Notes under the pieces: generated by a model
Databases searched by the model: none
Seen by the model: the letters and a program-made list of their open reading frames with translations, nothing else
What the model was told of the DNA's origin: nothing
Translations under genes and position numbers: made by a program
Part shown: positions 1 through 9,505 of the stretch, in pieces
Numbering within the stretch: the first letter of the stretch is position 1
Layout of the letters: every line of letters starts with the position of its first letter
Source: an uncultured Oscillospiraceae bacterium
GTDB taxonomy: Bacteria > Bacillota > Clostridia > Oscillospirales > Ruminococcaceae
DNA length: 64,000 nt
Assembly: GCA_947522735.1 (NCBI GenBank)
Contig: CANNTZ010000002.1
Location: forward strand, 1 to 64,000
Reading direction: 5' to 3'

Positions 1-38
1 GGTGGATGCGGCGGGTTCGATCCCCGTAGCCCGCTCCA
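1..38 (+). tRNA. 3' portion of a tRNA gene (T-arm + acceptor 3' strand + encoded CCA); 5' part lies outside window
   Basis: GCGGGTTCGATCCCCGT forms T-stem/TΨC-like loop (TTCGATC), followed by 7-nt acceptor strand AGCCCGC, discriminator T and CCA; immediately followed by hairpin+T-tract terminator. Confidence 0.6.
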
Positions 39-43
39 TTGCG

Positions 44-74
44 ACACGTCGGAAACGACGTGTCTTTTGTTTTG
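44..74 (+). terminator. intrinsic terminator downstream of tRNA
   Basis: GACACGTCG-gaaa-CGACGTGTC perfect 9-bp stem followed by TTTTGTTTT. Confidence 0.7.
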
Positions 75-121
75 CGCGACACCTGCACACGCGGCATATA
101 AAACGTTTTATTTGTCCCGTG

Positions 122-160
122 CGCTTAAAACGCAGGAGGCCGGAGCTTACGCCCCGGCCT
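122..160 (-). terminator. hairpin downstream of GRE gene (weak U-tract)
   Basis: GCAGGAGGCCGG/CCGGCCTCCTGC 12-bp inverted repeat directly after GRE stop; on minus strand followed by GTTTTAAG. Confidence 0.45.
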
Positions 161-184
161 CCTGCTGTATTGACTTATTGTTTT

Positions 185-2209
185 TCATGCGCCGAACTCA
201 ATGCGGCTGATTATGTGCTCCTGATATTCCGGATCCAGCTCGCAGAAATATCCGCTCCAGCCCCAAACGCGCACGATCAGGTTTGGATGCTTCTCCGGAT
301 GCAGCTTTGCGTCGAGCAGGCGGTCGCGGTTTATCGCATTGAGCTGTAGCTGATGCCCGCCAAGCCGGATGTACATCTCCACGAGCTGCGCCACCTTCCG
401 AATGCCGTCCTCATTGCGGAAAACCGTGTCGTGCAGCTCCATCGTCAGCGGTCCGCCGTTGATAATGTTCTTCATGTCGTACTTCGTGAACGACTGAATG
501 ACCGAGAGCGGGCCGTCAAGCCGCACGCCGAGCGACGGCGAATAGCTGCTGCTGTAATATTCGCCGCTGCGCCGTCCGTCTGCTGTCGCCGGGCACTCCC
601 TGGCGCTGAAAACGTACGCCATCGCGCTGCCGGTCCCGGCGCGGTATATCCCGCCTCTGCCGTTGGGCCGTCCGTTTAACGTGCGTGCGAACGTATCGGT
701 TATGTCCGACGCGATCAGGTCGACATAATCGTCGTTGTTGCCCATTTTCGGACATGCAAGCAGCCTGCCGCGCAGCTTTTCATAACCCTCAAAGTTCGCG
801 TCCAACGCCCTGAAAAGCTCCTCCACGCTTGTCGAACGCTCGTCGTATATCACTCGTTTGACCGCCGCAAGCGCATCCGCAGCATTGGATATACCCGCAC
901 CGTGGATGCCGGAGTTGTTGTATTTCGCCGCGTTGTCCGAGACGTCGCGCCCCTTTTCCAGACAGCCGTCCACAAACAGCGACAGATATGGCGCGCACAG
1001 CACCCGTCTGCCATAGCTCCTCATTGCGCACTCAACCGTTTTATCTGCAATGTCTGCTCTGACTTTTTCCATCAGCCTCTCAAAGCTGTCGCAGCAGCTC
1101 AGATGGGCGCGGATAGAATCGTTTACCACCAGCGGAAAGTTGAATACGTCAATGTTAGGCACGTCCATACCGCAGCTTGGCACGATAAACTCCCAGCACG
1201 CGGCGACGGTGTAATCCAATGCGTCGTCATAGTCGTATCCAAGCGCCGCAAGTCCCGGCACAACCACGTCATCGTTGCAGTATTGCGGGAATCCAAGCCC
1301 TTTTTTCGTCAGCCGCGTGCCGTACTCATACAGCTCCGACGGTGTATTTTTGCCAACGCGCAGATTGATTTTCGGGTCTATCAGGCATAGCTCAAGCGAC
1401 GCGTCCATACAGAGTGCCGACAGCTCGTTGAACATGCTGTGCCCGTTTTTGTCAAATCCTCCCAGCACCATGCTCTGCCCGTTATCGCCCTGCTGGATAC
1501 CGTGATATAGATCGGCGTCAAGGTTGAGAGATATGAAAAATAACTCAAGCGTTTCAAGAAGCTCCTCACGCGCAGTCCCGTTTTGAGCGTCGCGGAGGTA
1601 ATATGGGTACATATATTGGTCGAAGCGCCCGAGCGTCAGGTGTTCATACGGACAGCAGCGCAGCGAAAAATGCAATATCTTCAAAAAGAGACACGCCTCG
1701 TAAAAGCTCTCCGCAGGCCGATTCGGTACCCTCTCAAGCGCGGCGGACAGGCGCTCGTTCCCGGTGCGTCCGGCTTCAAGGCGATATCTGTCGCAGACGC
1801 CGAGCAGCGCGCGTATGTGCCGTCTTATCGATGAATAAAACGATTTAGCATATTTGTCGGCGGTTTTTTCGCGTTCGTTCAACTCATCAAGAATAGAATC
1901 AAAGCCGCGTCCGAGCACCCTTGCATAATTCGGCGTTATGTTTCCAACCGGCTCCGCATATCCATTCTCGGCATAGCCGATTCGCGGACAATACGGCAGC
2001 TCTTTTACCGTGCGGTTGAACCCGAAGATATCATGCTCAAATATGTTCGCGCGCTCCAGCCCCATCATCGTCTCAAAGCTGAGCGCGTGCGCGTCTAATT
2101 GCTCCAGCTCCCGCGTCCGCTCCGAAAGATCCGGCGTGACAGTCGTGCGCTTTGCACGATAACTCCGGCTGTTCAGGCATTCAAGCATCCTTTGGACATT
2201 CTCCGTCAT
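185..2209 (-). CDS. glycyl radical enzyme (pyruvate formate-lyase superfamily), short 674-aa form
   Basis: C-terminal NLIVRVWGWSGYFCEL resembles Gly-radical motif RVxG[FWY]; internal EFIVPSCGMD candidate thiyl Cys loop; ATGA overlap with upstream activase; RBS GAGGTGAGGG. Confidence 0.8.
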   Translation of the reverse strand: MTENVQRMLECLNSRSYRAKRTTVTPDLSERTRELEQLDAHALSFETMMGLERANIFEHDIFGFNRTVKELPYCPRIGYAENGYAEPVGNITPNYARVLGRGFDSILDELNEREKTADKYAKSFYSSIRRHIRALLGVCDRYRLEAGRTGNERLSAALERVPNRPAESFYEACLFLKILHFSLRCCPYEHLTLGRFDQYMYPYYLRDAQNGTAREELLETLELFFISLNLDADLYHGIQQGDNGQSMVLGGFDKNGHSMFNELSALCMDASLELCLIDPKINLRVGKNTPSELYEYGTRLTKKGLGFPQYCNDDVVVPGLAALGYDYDDALDYTVAACWEFIVPSCGMDVPNIDVFNFPLVVNDSIRAHLSCCDSFERLMEKVRADIADKTVECAMRSYGRRVLCAPYLSLFVDGCLEKGRDVSDNAAKYNNSGIHGAGISNAADALAAVKRVIYDERSTSVEELFRALDANFEGYEKLRGRLLACPKMGNNDDYVDLIASDITDTFARTLNGRPNGRGGIYRAGTGSAMAYVFSARECPATADGRRSGEYYSSSYSPSLGVRLDGPLSVIQSFTKYDMKNIINGGPLTMELHDTVFRNEDGIRKVAQLVEMYIRLGGHQLQLNAINRDRLLDAKLHPEKHPNLIVRVWGWSGYFCELDPEYQEHIISRIEFGA

Positions 2210-3057
2210 AATACCCTCACCTCTATCCCGTATTTTTCAAAGATATCCATATGTGTCTCCGGACGGCGCTCACCGTCAAATTCCGGTGTGTATTTTCGTC
2301 CGGCAAGCTTATACTTTGCTCCCGCCATCCTGTTATACGGCAGCAGCTCAACTCTTTTGGCACCGTTCTCACGCATGAAGCTTGCGGTAGCATTTATGTT
2401 TTCTTCTGTGTCATTCACTCCCGGTATGAGCGGGATACGGGTGACGAAGGGCACGGCGGAGGCCGCGAGCGCACAATAGTTGCGCAGTATTAAACCGTTT
2501 GAGCCGCCTGTATAACGCCGGTGCCTCTCAGCGTCCATCAGCTTGAGATCATAAAGGACGTAATCGCACTTATCGAGAATCTCATCGAATATTTCCGGCC
2601 CACAGAAGCCTGAGGTTTGCAGCGCACAATTCGTTATCCCGTGCAGTCGCGTCAGGCACTCGGAGAGAAAATCCGGCTGCGCCAGCGGTTCACCGCCGGA
2701 AAAGGTGACGCCTCCTCCGCTCGCATTGAGTATCGCGGCGTTCCGGCATATCCTCTCGACGAGCTCGTCGCTCGTATAATCCACGGCGCAGGCGCGCACC
2801 AGCTTTCTGGGACAGACGTCCACGCTGCTTTGGACAAGGCAGGCACGTCCGGTCAACCGCCGTCCCTCCTCAAGGCAGGCGCCACAGCCGGTGCAGCCGT
2901 TCGGCGAGCGCAGCAGCTCCTGCTCAAACCGCTGCCCCTCCGGGTTGTGACACCACATGCAGCGCAGCGGACAGCCCTTGAGGAACACCGTCATCCGTAT
3001 CCCCGGCCCGTCGTATGTGGAAAACTCCTCTATTGAAAAAATCCTGCCGGTGAGCAA
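2206..3057 (-). CDS. glycyl-radical enzyme activating enzyme (radical SAM, with ferredoxin-like Cys-rich insert)
   Basis: N-term GRIFSIEEFSTYDGPGIR + CPLRCMWCHNPE (CxxxCxxC) typical of GRE activases; extra CTGCGAC...CPRKLVRAC clusters; TTG start after AGGGATGA RBS. Confidence 0.85.
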   Translation of the reverse strand: MLTGRIFSIEEFSTYDGPGIRMTVFLKGCPLRCMWCHNPEGQRFEQELLRSPNGCTGCGACLEEGRRLTGRACLVQSSVDVCPRKLVRACAVDYTSDELVERICRNAAILNASGGGVTFSGGEPLAQPDFLSECLTRLHGITNCALQTSGFCGPEIFDEILDKCDYVLYDLKLMDAERHRRYTGGSNGLILRNYCALAASAVPFVTRIPLIPGVNDTEENINATASFMRENGAKRVELLPYNRMAGAKYKLAGRKYTPEFDGERRPETHMDIFEKYGIEVRVL

Positions 3058-3105
3058 AAAATCATCCCTTTAAATCCATACGTGCGTCACATAATATCTA
3101 TGGCT

Positions 3106-3135
3106 TACGATAATATTATAATTCTGCACGCTTGA
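3106..3135 (+). promoter_or_regulatory. sigma70-like promoter for AraC regulator (approximate)
   Basis: TTGAAA-17-TATACAAT upstream of 3193 in AT-rich divergent intergenic region. Confidence 0.4.
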
Positions 3136-3192
3136 AAACAAAAGAAATATGTTATACAATAGTAGCAATAAATTATCTTTCGGAGGTCGCGT

Positions 3193-3990
3193 ATGGTATT
3201 TCATCAGGACGGCAATTCGCTTGGAAATTATAATTACAACGCGTTTTTCTATGACAACGTTGAATGGCCGCCGCATTTTCATCGCAACTTCGAGCTTGTG
3301 CACCTGCTGCGTGGCGAGGTTTCGCTGACGGTCGGCGGCGTGCAGGAGACGCTGCGAGAGGGCGATTACGCGCTTGTGCTCTCCAACCAGATTCACTCCT
3401 ATCTCCGTATAAGCGATTTCCTGATGTGGATAGCCGTGTTTTCGGAGGATTTTGTCCCGGATTTTGCCGCGATCATGACAGACCGCCAGAGCCGCCGTCT
3501 CTCATTCCGTTTTGACAGCGAAACGCATTGCGCAGCGCTCATACGCTCTAATCTTATCTTCGGGCATAGCTCCGTGATTATGAAAAAAGCCTGTTTTTAT
3601 GCGGCCTGCGACCGTTATCTTCAAATCGCCGAGTTAGAGGAGCGCCGCAGCAAAAACGATTTTCTGATCTGTGCGCTGCTCGACTATATCGCACGGCATT
3701 TCACCGAAAACATCACGCTGCACGATACCGCCGCGCATTTCGGCTATGAATACCACTATCTCTCACGCCTTCTCAATCGCAGCTACAAGCTCGATTTTCG
3801 CGCGCTCGTCAACCGTTACCGTGTGGATCGCGCCGCCGAGCTGCTGCGTCAAGGCGTGCTGCCGATCACAAGCGTCGCGATGCAGAGCGGCTTTCAGAGC
3901 ATACGCAGCTTCAATTACGTTTTTCGCGAGCTTAAAGGCTGCGCCCCCGGCGAATATGCAGGAAGGCGGGTTTGCTATAAAACGTTTTAG
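3193..3990 (+). CDS. AraC family transcriptional regulator (N-terminal cupin sensor + C-terminal HTH)
   Basis: HFHRNFELVHLLRGEVSL cupin motif; C-terminal ITSVAMQSGFQSIRSFNYVFRELKGCAPGEY AraC HTH signature; RBS GGAGG. Confidence 0.85.
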   Translation: MVFHQDGNSLGNYNYNAFFYDNVEWPPHFHRNFELVHLLRGEVSLTVGGVQETLREGDYALVLSNQIHSYLRISDFLMWIAVFSEDFVPDFAAIMTDRQSRRLSFRFDSETHCAALIRSNLIFGHSSVIMKKACFYAACDRYLQIAELEERRSKNDFLICALLDYIARHFTENITLHDTAAHFGYEYHYLSRLLNRSYKLDFRALVNRYRVDRAAELLRQGVLPITSVAMQSGFQSIRSFNYVFRELKGCAPGEYAGRRVCYKTF

Positions 3991-5717
3991 TCGGCGTACT
4001 CCCTGTCGATACGCGCGGAGTACTCCTTCCAGACTGCCGATATGGCGTAAAAGTCGTCGTCGGTAATCTCGCCGTGCGGGGTCAAGCAGTAGCAATCCGG
4101 CACTCCGATATCCTGCTGGTTCAGCATCCAGCGCATGGTATCGCGGCGGCTTGCGAAGCCCGCGTTATCGGTATCTATAAGCGTTCCGGGCATTGCGAGG
4201 GCAAACATCCTGGCGCGCATTGCGAGATCCTCGTAGTTGCAGCGGTTCCCGGCGGCGTAGTCGTGAACGCGCGCCTGATCGCATATGTGCGAGAAATACG
4301 GATGACACGGGCTGCAATTGATGAGCGCATTGGGCTTGACCCGCTTCGCGCAGTCGTAGATGTGCGCCATCAGCTCATAGAGCAGCTCGCAGCCATACCT
4401 GCCTGAGCGGGTTGTAAAGCCGCGGCCTATCGGGAAATAAAATGCAAAATCGATCTTGACGCCGTCGCAGTTGTAGCAGCCCTCGTCGGATGAGAGCAGC
4501 GTGTGCATCAGGCGCTCGATGTGCGCCTTAAATTCCGGCGTGGAGGGATCAATGCGGACGTCGCCATTGTCGGCGGTCACGCACAGCTCGCGCGGCCAGC
4601 CCTCGGGATCCCACAGCTTGAACCACAGCAGGGTGTTTATGCCCTCGGCATGGCGTTTGTCTACAAACGCGCGCAGATCTGGCCACTTTTCTGTATCGAC
4701 CTCGCCGGTGGCATATTCCCGCTGCCACTTGTCGTCGATTATGAGCGCCGTCGGATGCAGGTCGTATTTGCGCATCTGTCCTAAAAGATACTCGTACTCC
4801 TCCTCGCACGCAAGCTCGCTGCCTGTTCGCCCGTTTATCTCTCTGCGGCACTGGTCAATCCAGCCGCAGAGCAGCGGCCCTTTCCAGAACCTAGGCGTAA
4901 GCTCGCGCTTTTTCGGCCTTGCGATGCCTGACGAGAAATAATAGTCGGAGTATCTGCGCATCACGTCGAGCTCGTCGTTTGCGGCGTAGCCGATAATCGC
5001 GGGCGACACCCATTCGCCGTCAACGTGAGTGTGTCCATGCTGATCGGTAGAAAGGTAGAACGCAGAGTGCCAATCGGCGCCGCAGAAGTTGTAGGTCAGG
5101 CTGTTGAAGTTGTGCTCGCCGCGGCGGGCGACTGCGCCAAGCCCCAGCCATTCATGAAGCCCCTCGGTGCGGAAGGCGTAGCAGTGCATCGGCGGGATCA
5201 TCAGCACCGACCAGCGGTAGCAGCTCTGGTTTGCCTTGAAGTAGTAGTTCTCCTCCTCGAACCATGAGCGGCAGGGATTGAAGCCCTCGGAAAATTCGTA
5301 GCCGCTGCCCTTGTAGAGCGCGGTGATATCGCCGCTGAAGTAGTTGACCGAATCCACTCTGCCCCGGCCGCTGACGCTCACATTATATGCAAAGCGCTGC
5401 GCAGTGCAGGAGAGGGTGTATTTTTTGCTCCAGAGCGCCGTTTTGCCTCGCCATGTAAAGACGCAGAGCTCCCCCTGCTCCACAGCTCCCTCGAATACCG
5501 GCAGCTCCGGCTCCGTGTCGGTCACTACCTCGTTTGCGGCCGTCAGCGAATTTACCGCGCTGCGCATGTCCAGCCTCGCGACGGTCGTCCCGGAGATCAC
5601 GACGTCCGCACGCGCCCTGTCTGCGTCTATCCGCAGCCCGTACCGCAGCGCGTCTACGCTGTATTCAGAACCGTTCCTGTCAAGCTTGAGCCCCTTCACC
5701 GATGTGTCCTCCCCCAT
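3987..5717 (-). CDS. putative glycoside hydrolase (TIM-barrel, melibiase/alpha-galactosidase-like)
   Basis: LIIDDKWQ (DDGW-like) and CDGVKIDFA motifs reminiscent of GH27/36-type catalytic barrel; 576 aa ORF with protein-like composition. Confidence 0.4.
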   Translation of the reverse strand: MGEDTSVKGLKLDRNGSEYSVDALRYGLRIDADRARADVVISGTTVARLDMRSAVNSLTAANEVVTDTEPELPVFEGAVEQGELCVFTWRGKTALWSKKYTLSCTAQRFAYNVSVSGRGRVDSVNYFSGDITALYKGSGYEFSEGFNPCRSWFEEENYYFKANQSCYRWSVLMIPPMHCYAFRTEGLHEWLGLGAVARRGEHNFNSLTYNFCGADWHSAFYLSTDQHGHTHVDGEWVSPAIIGYAANDELDVMRRYSDYYFSSGIARPKKRELTPRFWKGPLLCGWIDQCRREINGRTGSELACEEEYEYLLGQMRKYDLHPTALIIDDKWQREYATGEVDTEKWPDLRAFVDKRHAEGINTLLWFKLWDPEGWPRELCVTADNGDVRIDPSTPEFKAHIERLMHTLLSSDEGCYNCDGVKIDFAFYFPIGRGFTTRSGRYGCELLYELMAHIYDCAKRVKPNALINCSPCHPYFSHICDQARVHDYAAGNRCNYEDLAMRARMFALAMPGTLIDTDNAGFASRRDTMRWMLNQQDIGVPDCYCLTPHGEITDDDFYAISAVWKEYSARIDREYAD

Positions 5718-5728
5718 ATCAATATCAT

Positions 5729-6988
5729 TTATTTGACGTATTTATATTCAAGCAGCTTCCATGCCACCTTGACGTCCGCGAGCACGTCCGCTACGACACC
5801 GTCATGCACGTATTCCTCGCTCAGCACCCTGCCCTCGCGGCGCACCAGCGCCAGAAGCCCCTCCTTGCCATATGGCAGCTTTACCATCATACGGGTCTGG
5901 CTGGACGAGAGCGCTTTAAGCATGCCATTTATAAGCTCCTCCAAGCCCTCTCCGGTTTTGGCCGAGATGCCGATCACAGTCCGGCTGCCGGTGAGGTGGG
6001 GCAGCTCGAAAGTGCGGTCGCACTTGTTGAGCACGGTTATACGCGGCGTTTCCGCGGCTCCAAGCTCCTCAAGCAGCTTTTCCGAGACCTCTATGTGCTC
6101 CTCAAGCTCCGGGCTGGACGCATCGCAGACGTTGAGGATGAGGTCGGCGGAGGCCGCCTCCTCCAGCGTAGATTTGAACGCCTCGACAAGATGATGCGGA
6201 AGCCTACGGATAAATCCGACGGTATCTACAAGTATCAGCGTCCTCCCGTCGGGCAGCTCCATACCGCGCGAGGTTGGGTCGAGCGTCGCGAAAAGCATAT
6301 CCTCCGACATCACCTCCGCGCCGGTCAGCGCGTTGAGCAGCGTCGATTTGCCCGCGTTGGTGTAGCCTACTATCGCCGCCGTCAGCCGGTTGTCCTTTTT
6401 TCTGCGTGAACGCAGCAGTCCGCGGCGCTTTTCCAGCTCGCGCAGCCGTTCTTCGAGAATCGATATCCGTCTGCGGATATGCCGCCGGTCGGTTTCCAGC
6501 TTGGTCTCGCCGGGACCGCGCGTGCCGATGCCGCCGCCGAGACGCGAGAGCGCCTGCCCCGCGCCGATGAGCCGCGGCAGGCGATATCTGAGCTGCGCCA
6601 GCTCCACCTGAAGCTTGCCCTCGGCTGTTATGGCGCGCCCAGCGAAGATATCAAGTATCAGCATCGTCCGGTCGATCACCGCAAGGCCCGTCGCGTCGCC
6701 GATGTTGCGGAGCTGCACCGCGCTCAGCTCGTGGTCAAAAATCAGCAGCACATCTCCATCTCCGTCGGCGAGCGCCCTTATCTCCTCCAGCTTGCCCTGT
6801 CCCGCAAGCGTCGCGGCGTCGTATTCGCCGCGTCTCTGTATTACCTGTGCGACTACCTGTGCTCCGGCGGTCGCGGCAAGCTCCGCCAGCTCGTTTATCG
6901 AGCTTTCGGCATCAAATTCCCCCACATCAACGCAGACGAGTATCGCGCGCTGCGCCTCGGTCACTGCGAGCTCATGTGTGTTCAGCAT
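5729..6988 (-). CDS. hflX: GTPase HflX
   Basis: AIVGYTNAGKSTLLNALTG (G1), DTVGFI (G3), N-terminal HflX domain, glycine-rich GGGIGTRGPGETKLE motif; RBS GAAGGGGAA. Confidence 0.9.
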   Translation of the reverse strand: MLNTHELAVTEAQRAILVCVDVGEFDAESSINELAELAATAGAQVVAQVIQRRGEYDAATLAGQGKLEEIRALADGDGDVLLIFDHELSAVQLRNIGDATGLAVIDRTMLILDIFAGRAITAEGKLQVELAQLRYRLPRLIGAGQALSRLGGGIGTRGPGETKLETDRRHIRRRISILEERLRELEKRRGLLRSRRKKDNRLTAAIVGYTNAGKSTLLNALTGAEVMSEDMLFATLDPTSRGMELPDGRTLILVDTVGFIRRLPHHLVEAFKSTLEEAASADLILNVCDASSPELEEHIEVSEKLLEELGAAETPRITVLNKCDRTFELPHLTGSRTVIGISAKTGEGLEELINGMLKALSSSQTRMMVKLPYGKEGLLALVRREGRVLSEEYVHDGVVADVLADVKVAWKLLEYKYVK

Positions 6989-7039
6989 ATATCGTTCCCC
7001 TTCGTTTTGTCAACCGCCGGTTGCGTACATTTCCCGGGA

Positions 7040-7075
7040 AATATGCCATATTTGAATTTTAGCATATTTTTTCAT
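7040..7075 (-). promoter_or_regulatory. putative sigma70 promoter for hflX
   Basis: minus strand TGTCAA-17-TAAAAT. Confidence 0.35.
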
Positions 7076-7143
7076 CGATTGACAGTATATTTTCATCATT
7101 TCCATATCTGTACCATAAGCTGTACTATTTTTGAGGATACTCC

Positions 7144-8644
7144 TCAAAGCTGCACCCGCTTTGTCGCGATGTTGTCGCAGAAAGCGCGGTCGTGCTCGAC
7201 AAAAAGCAGCGTCGGGCGATACTCCGTTATCAGCGATTCTATCTGTATGCGCGAGAGCACGTCTATATAATTCAGCGGCTCATCCCAGATATAGAGGTGT
7301 GCCTGCTCGCACAGAGAGCGCGCAAGCAGCACCTTTTTCTTCTGCCCGGCGCTGTAATCGCCAATACTCTTCTCGAACTGGACGCGGGCAAAATCCAGCT
7401 TGCGCAGTATCGTCCGAAACAGCGACGGATCGATTCCGCAGCGCCGCTCATATTCCTCGAGGCTTCCGGAAAGCTCCGACGCGTCCTGTCCGACATATGA
7501 TATCCTCAGCCCTCTCGCAACGAACACCTCTCCCTCGCTTTTTACCTCACCGTCGCCCAGTATCCGCTTGATAACGCTGCTTTTGCCGCTTCCGTTGCGT
7601 CCGCAAAGCGCTATCCTGTCTCCCCGCTCAACTGTAAAGGATATATCCTTACAGACGATCCTGTCTCCATAGCCGATCGATACGCCGGAAAATTCGACCA
7701 GCCGCTTAGAGTGGAACGAAAGCGGATGCAGCTTCAGCGTCTCTGCCTTCTCGATATTTTTCAGTAGCTGCGACTTCGCGGCGATCTCCCGGTCTATTCG
7801 TCCCTCTATCGCGCCCACGCGCTTCATCGTCTTTTTTGCCTTTGCCGCCTGCTTTGGCATATATCCCTTCTTGTTGTCCACCTTTCTCGGATCGATCCCT
7901 ATCTTCTTTCGCTCCGCCCTGTCCGACCACTCCGCCTTTTCGCGCGCCGTCTCCTGGAGACGTTCGATATCCTTTTTCAGCCGCGCATCCTGCTCCAGCT
8001 CGTATTTGTCCCGCAACTGGCGGTTGCGATACCACGAGGAAAAGTTGCCGCTCTGTAGCTCTATATCCGCACGGTTGATCGAGAGAATATGATCGACGCA
8101 GCCGTCGAGGAACGCGCGGTCGTGCGAGACAAGGATGAATCCGGATTTGCCGCGCAGGTAGTCCGCAACCAGCTCGCGAGCTTCGGCGTCAAGGTGGTTC
8201 GTCGGTTCGTCGATAAGCAGAAAGCTGTTCTCGCGCAGGAACATTGCCGCCAGAAGCACCCTGGTGCGCTCGCCGTTGGAAAGAGTGTCGAAGGGCCGCC
8301 ACAGCGTCTCCTCCTCCATCTCAAGCCGCGCCAGCTCTCTCAACAGCCGCCAGCGCTCGATGCTGCCGTCTATCTCGTCGAGCACATCGCAGGTGAGCGC
8401 GCTCCGGTCGCGCACCTCATACGGGAAATATTCAAAGTCAACGCCTGCGGTTATACTTCCGCTGTATTCGTACTCGCCCTGAAGCAGCCTGAGAAAGGTG
8501 GTCTTTCCCCTGCCGTTGCGCCCGGTGAAGCCAAGCCGCCAGCTTGTATCTATACGAAACGAGACGTTTTCAAAGACGTTGTCATAGCTGCCGTCATAGC
8601 CGAATGTCAGATTCGACACATTTATCATGGACATTTTTCCCGCC
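7144..8644 (-). CDS. ABC-F family ATPase (tandem NBDs, no TMD), possibly antibiotic-resistance (ARE) type
   Basis: two Walker A (GRNGRGKTT, GRNGSGKSS), two ABC signatures, basic interdomain linker; true start MSMINV with GGAGG RBS (ORF-track start further upstream is spurious). Confidence 0.85.
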
Positions 8645-8940
8645 TCCTTCGACGCAAAAGCTCCATCCTCCTGGCAAATTGCCGGAAGATGGAGCCGATT
8701 CTGCATCAAAAACGGCGGCGCAGGCGCAAAACACGCCGGACAGCCGAAAAACACATCGTCGATGCAAAATATACAGGCGCAACCCGTAAAGCGATCCAAA
8801 TCCCGACAACGAAACAAAGCCCGGAGCGGACGTCGATTCATTATCAGTTTATTTGTGATTACTTACGGTTCCTGTACATTCTCACATCTCGCTTTCCCTC
8901 TTGATAAAACCACTATACCATATATTTTTCCGCTTGTCAA
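8645..8940 (-). promoter_or_regulatory. ABC-F leader region with candidate attenuator elements
   Basis: Minus-strand promoter TTGACA-17-TATAGT at 8912-8940. A start-stop ATG-TGA sits at 8882-8887 behind a GAGGG SD. A 6-codon uORF MYRNRK lies at 8859-8879. A GC hairpin plus TTTTTG is at about 8704-8745, roughly 55 nt upstream of the ABC-F RBS. Confidence 0.5.
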
Positions 8941-8943
8941 GCG

Positions 8944-9390
8944 TTATATCCGCTTATAGAGCGATGCGCTCCAAAGCTCCATGCCCATTTCGTCTATATA
9001 GAAGTGGAGGATGGCACGGTAATTCTTAGTCGCGGTGTGAAGCAGCAGCAGCCCAAGCCCCTTTTCAGACGCGGCGCGCTCCGCCGCCTCGAACAGCCTG
9101 TGTCCGAGCCCCATGCCGCGAAGATCCTTCCGGACGTAAAGCTCGTCTATCTCAAAATACGGCGTGTCATCCGGCGCAATGGAGCGGCGGTTTTTCATCC
9201 TCGCTTCATGCGCGAGCAGATATCCCGCAAGCTCGCCGTCCTCCTCCGCCAAAAATATCCGCTTGTCCTCGATATCCTTGCGGGAATTTTGGACGTAGCC
9301 GTAGCTTATCGCCTCGTGCTCCCACTCGCCGGACAGCTTGATAAGCTTTTCAAGCAGCCTGTCGTCAAGCTGTGCTTCTCTATATGTCAT
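8944..9390 (-). CDS. GNAT family N-acetyltransferase
   Basis: acetyl-CoA binding motif RKDLRGMGLGHRLFEAAE; 148 aa. Confidence 0.8.
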   Translation of the reverse strand: MTYREAQLDDRLLEKLIKLSGEWEHEAISYGYVQNSRKDIEDKRIFLAEEDGELAGYLLAHEARMKNRRSIAPDDTPYFEIDELYVRKDLRGMGLGHRLFEAAERAASEKGLGLLLLHTATKNYRAILHFYIDEMGMELWSASLYKRI

Positions 9391-9475
9391 TTAAAGCGCC
9401 CTCTTTTTTATAATATGCGTATATTATATCATTTTTTCGTTTTCTGTCAATCTGAGACGCTTGATTCACCGTCTA

Positions 9476-9505
9476 TTGACAAAACGCAAAGGCAATGATA
9501 AAATC
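9476..9505 (+). promoter_or_regulatory. sigma70-like promoter
   Basis: TTGACA-17-TAAAAT; followed at 9520-9570 by CTCTG...CAGAG hairpin + TTTTTATTTTT and then ~170 nt leader before DUF1653 ORF. Confidence 0.5.

Noticed and set aside
8089-8904. 271-aa plus-strand ORF
   Set aside because: Antisense to the well-supported ABC-F gene; low-complexity composition
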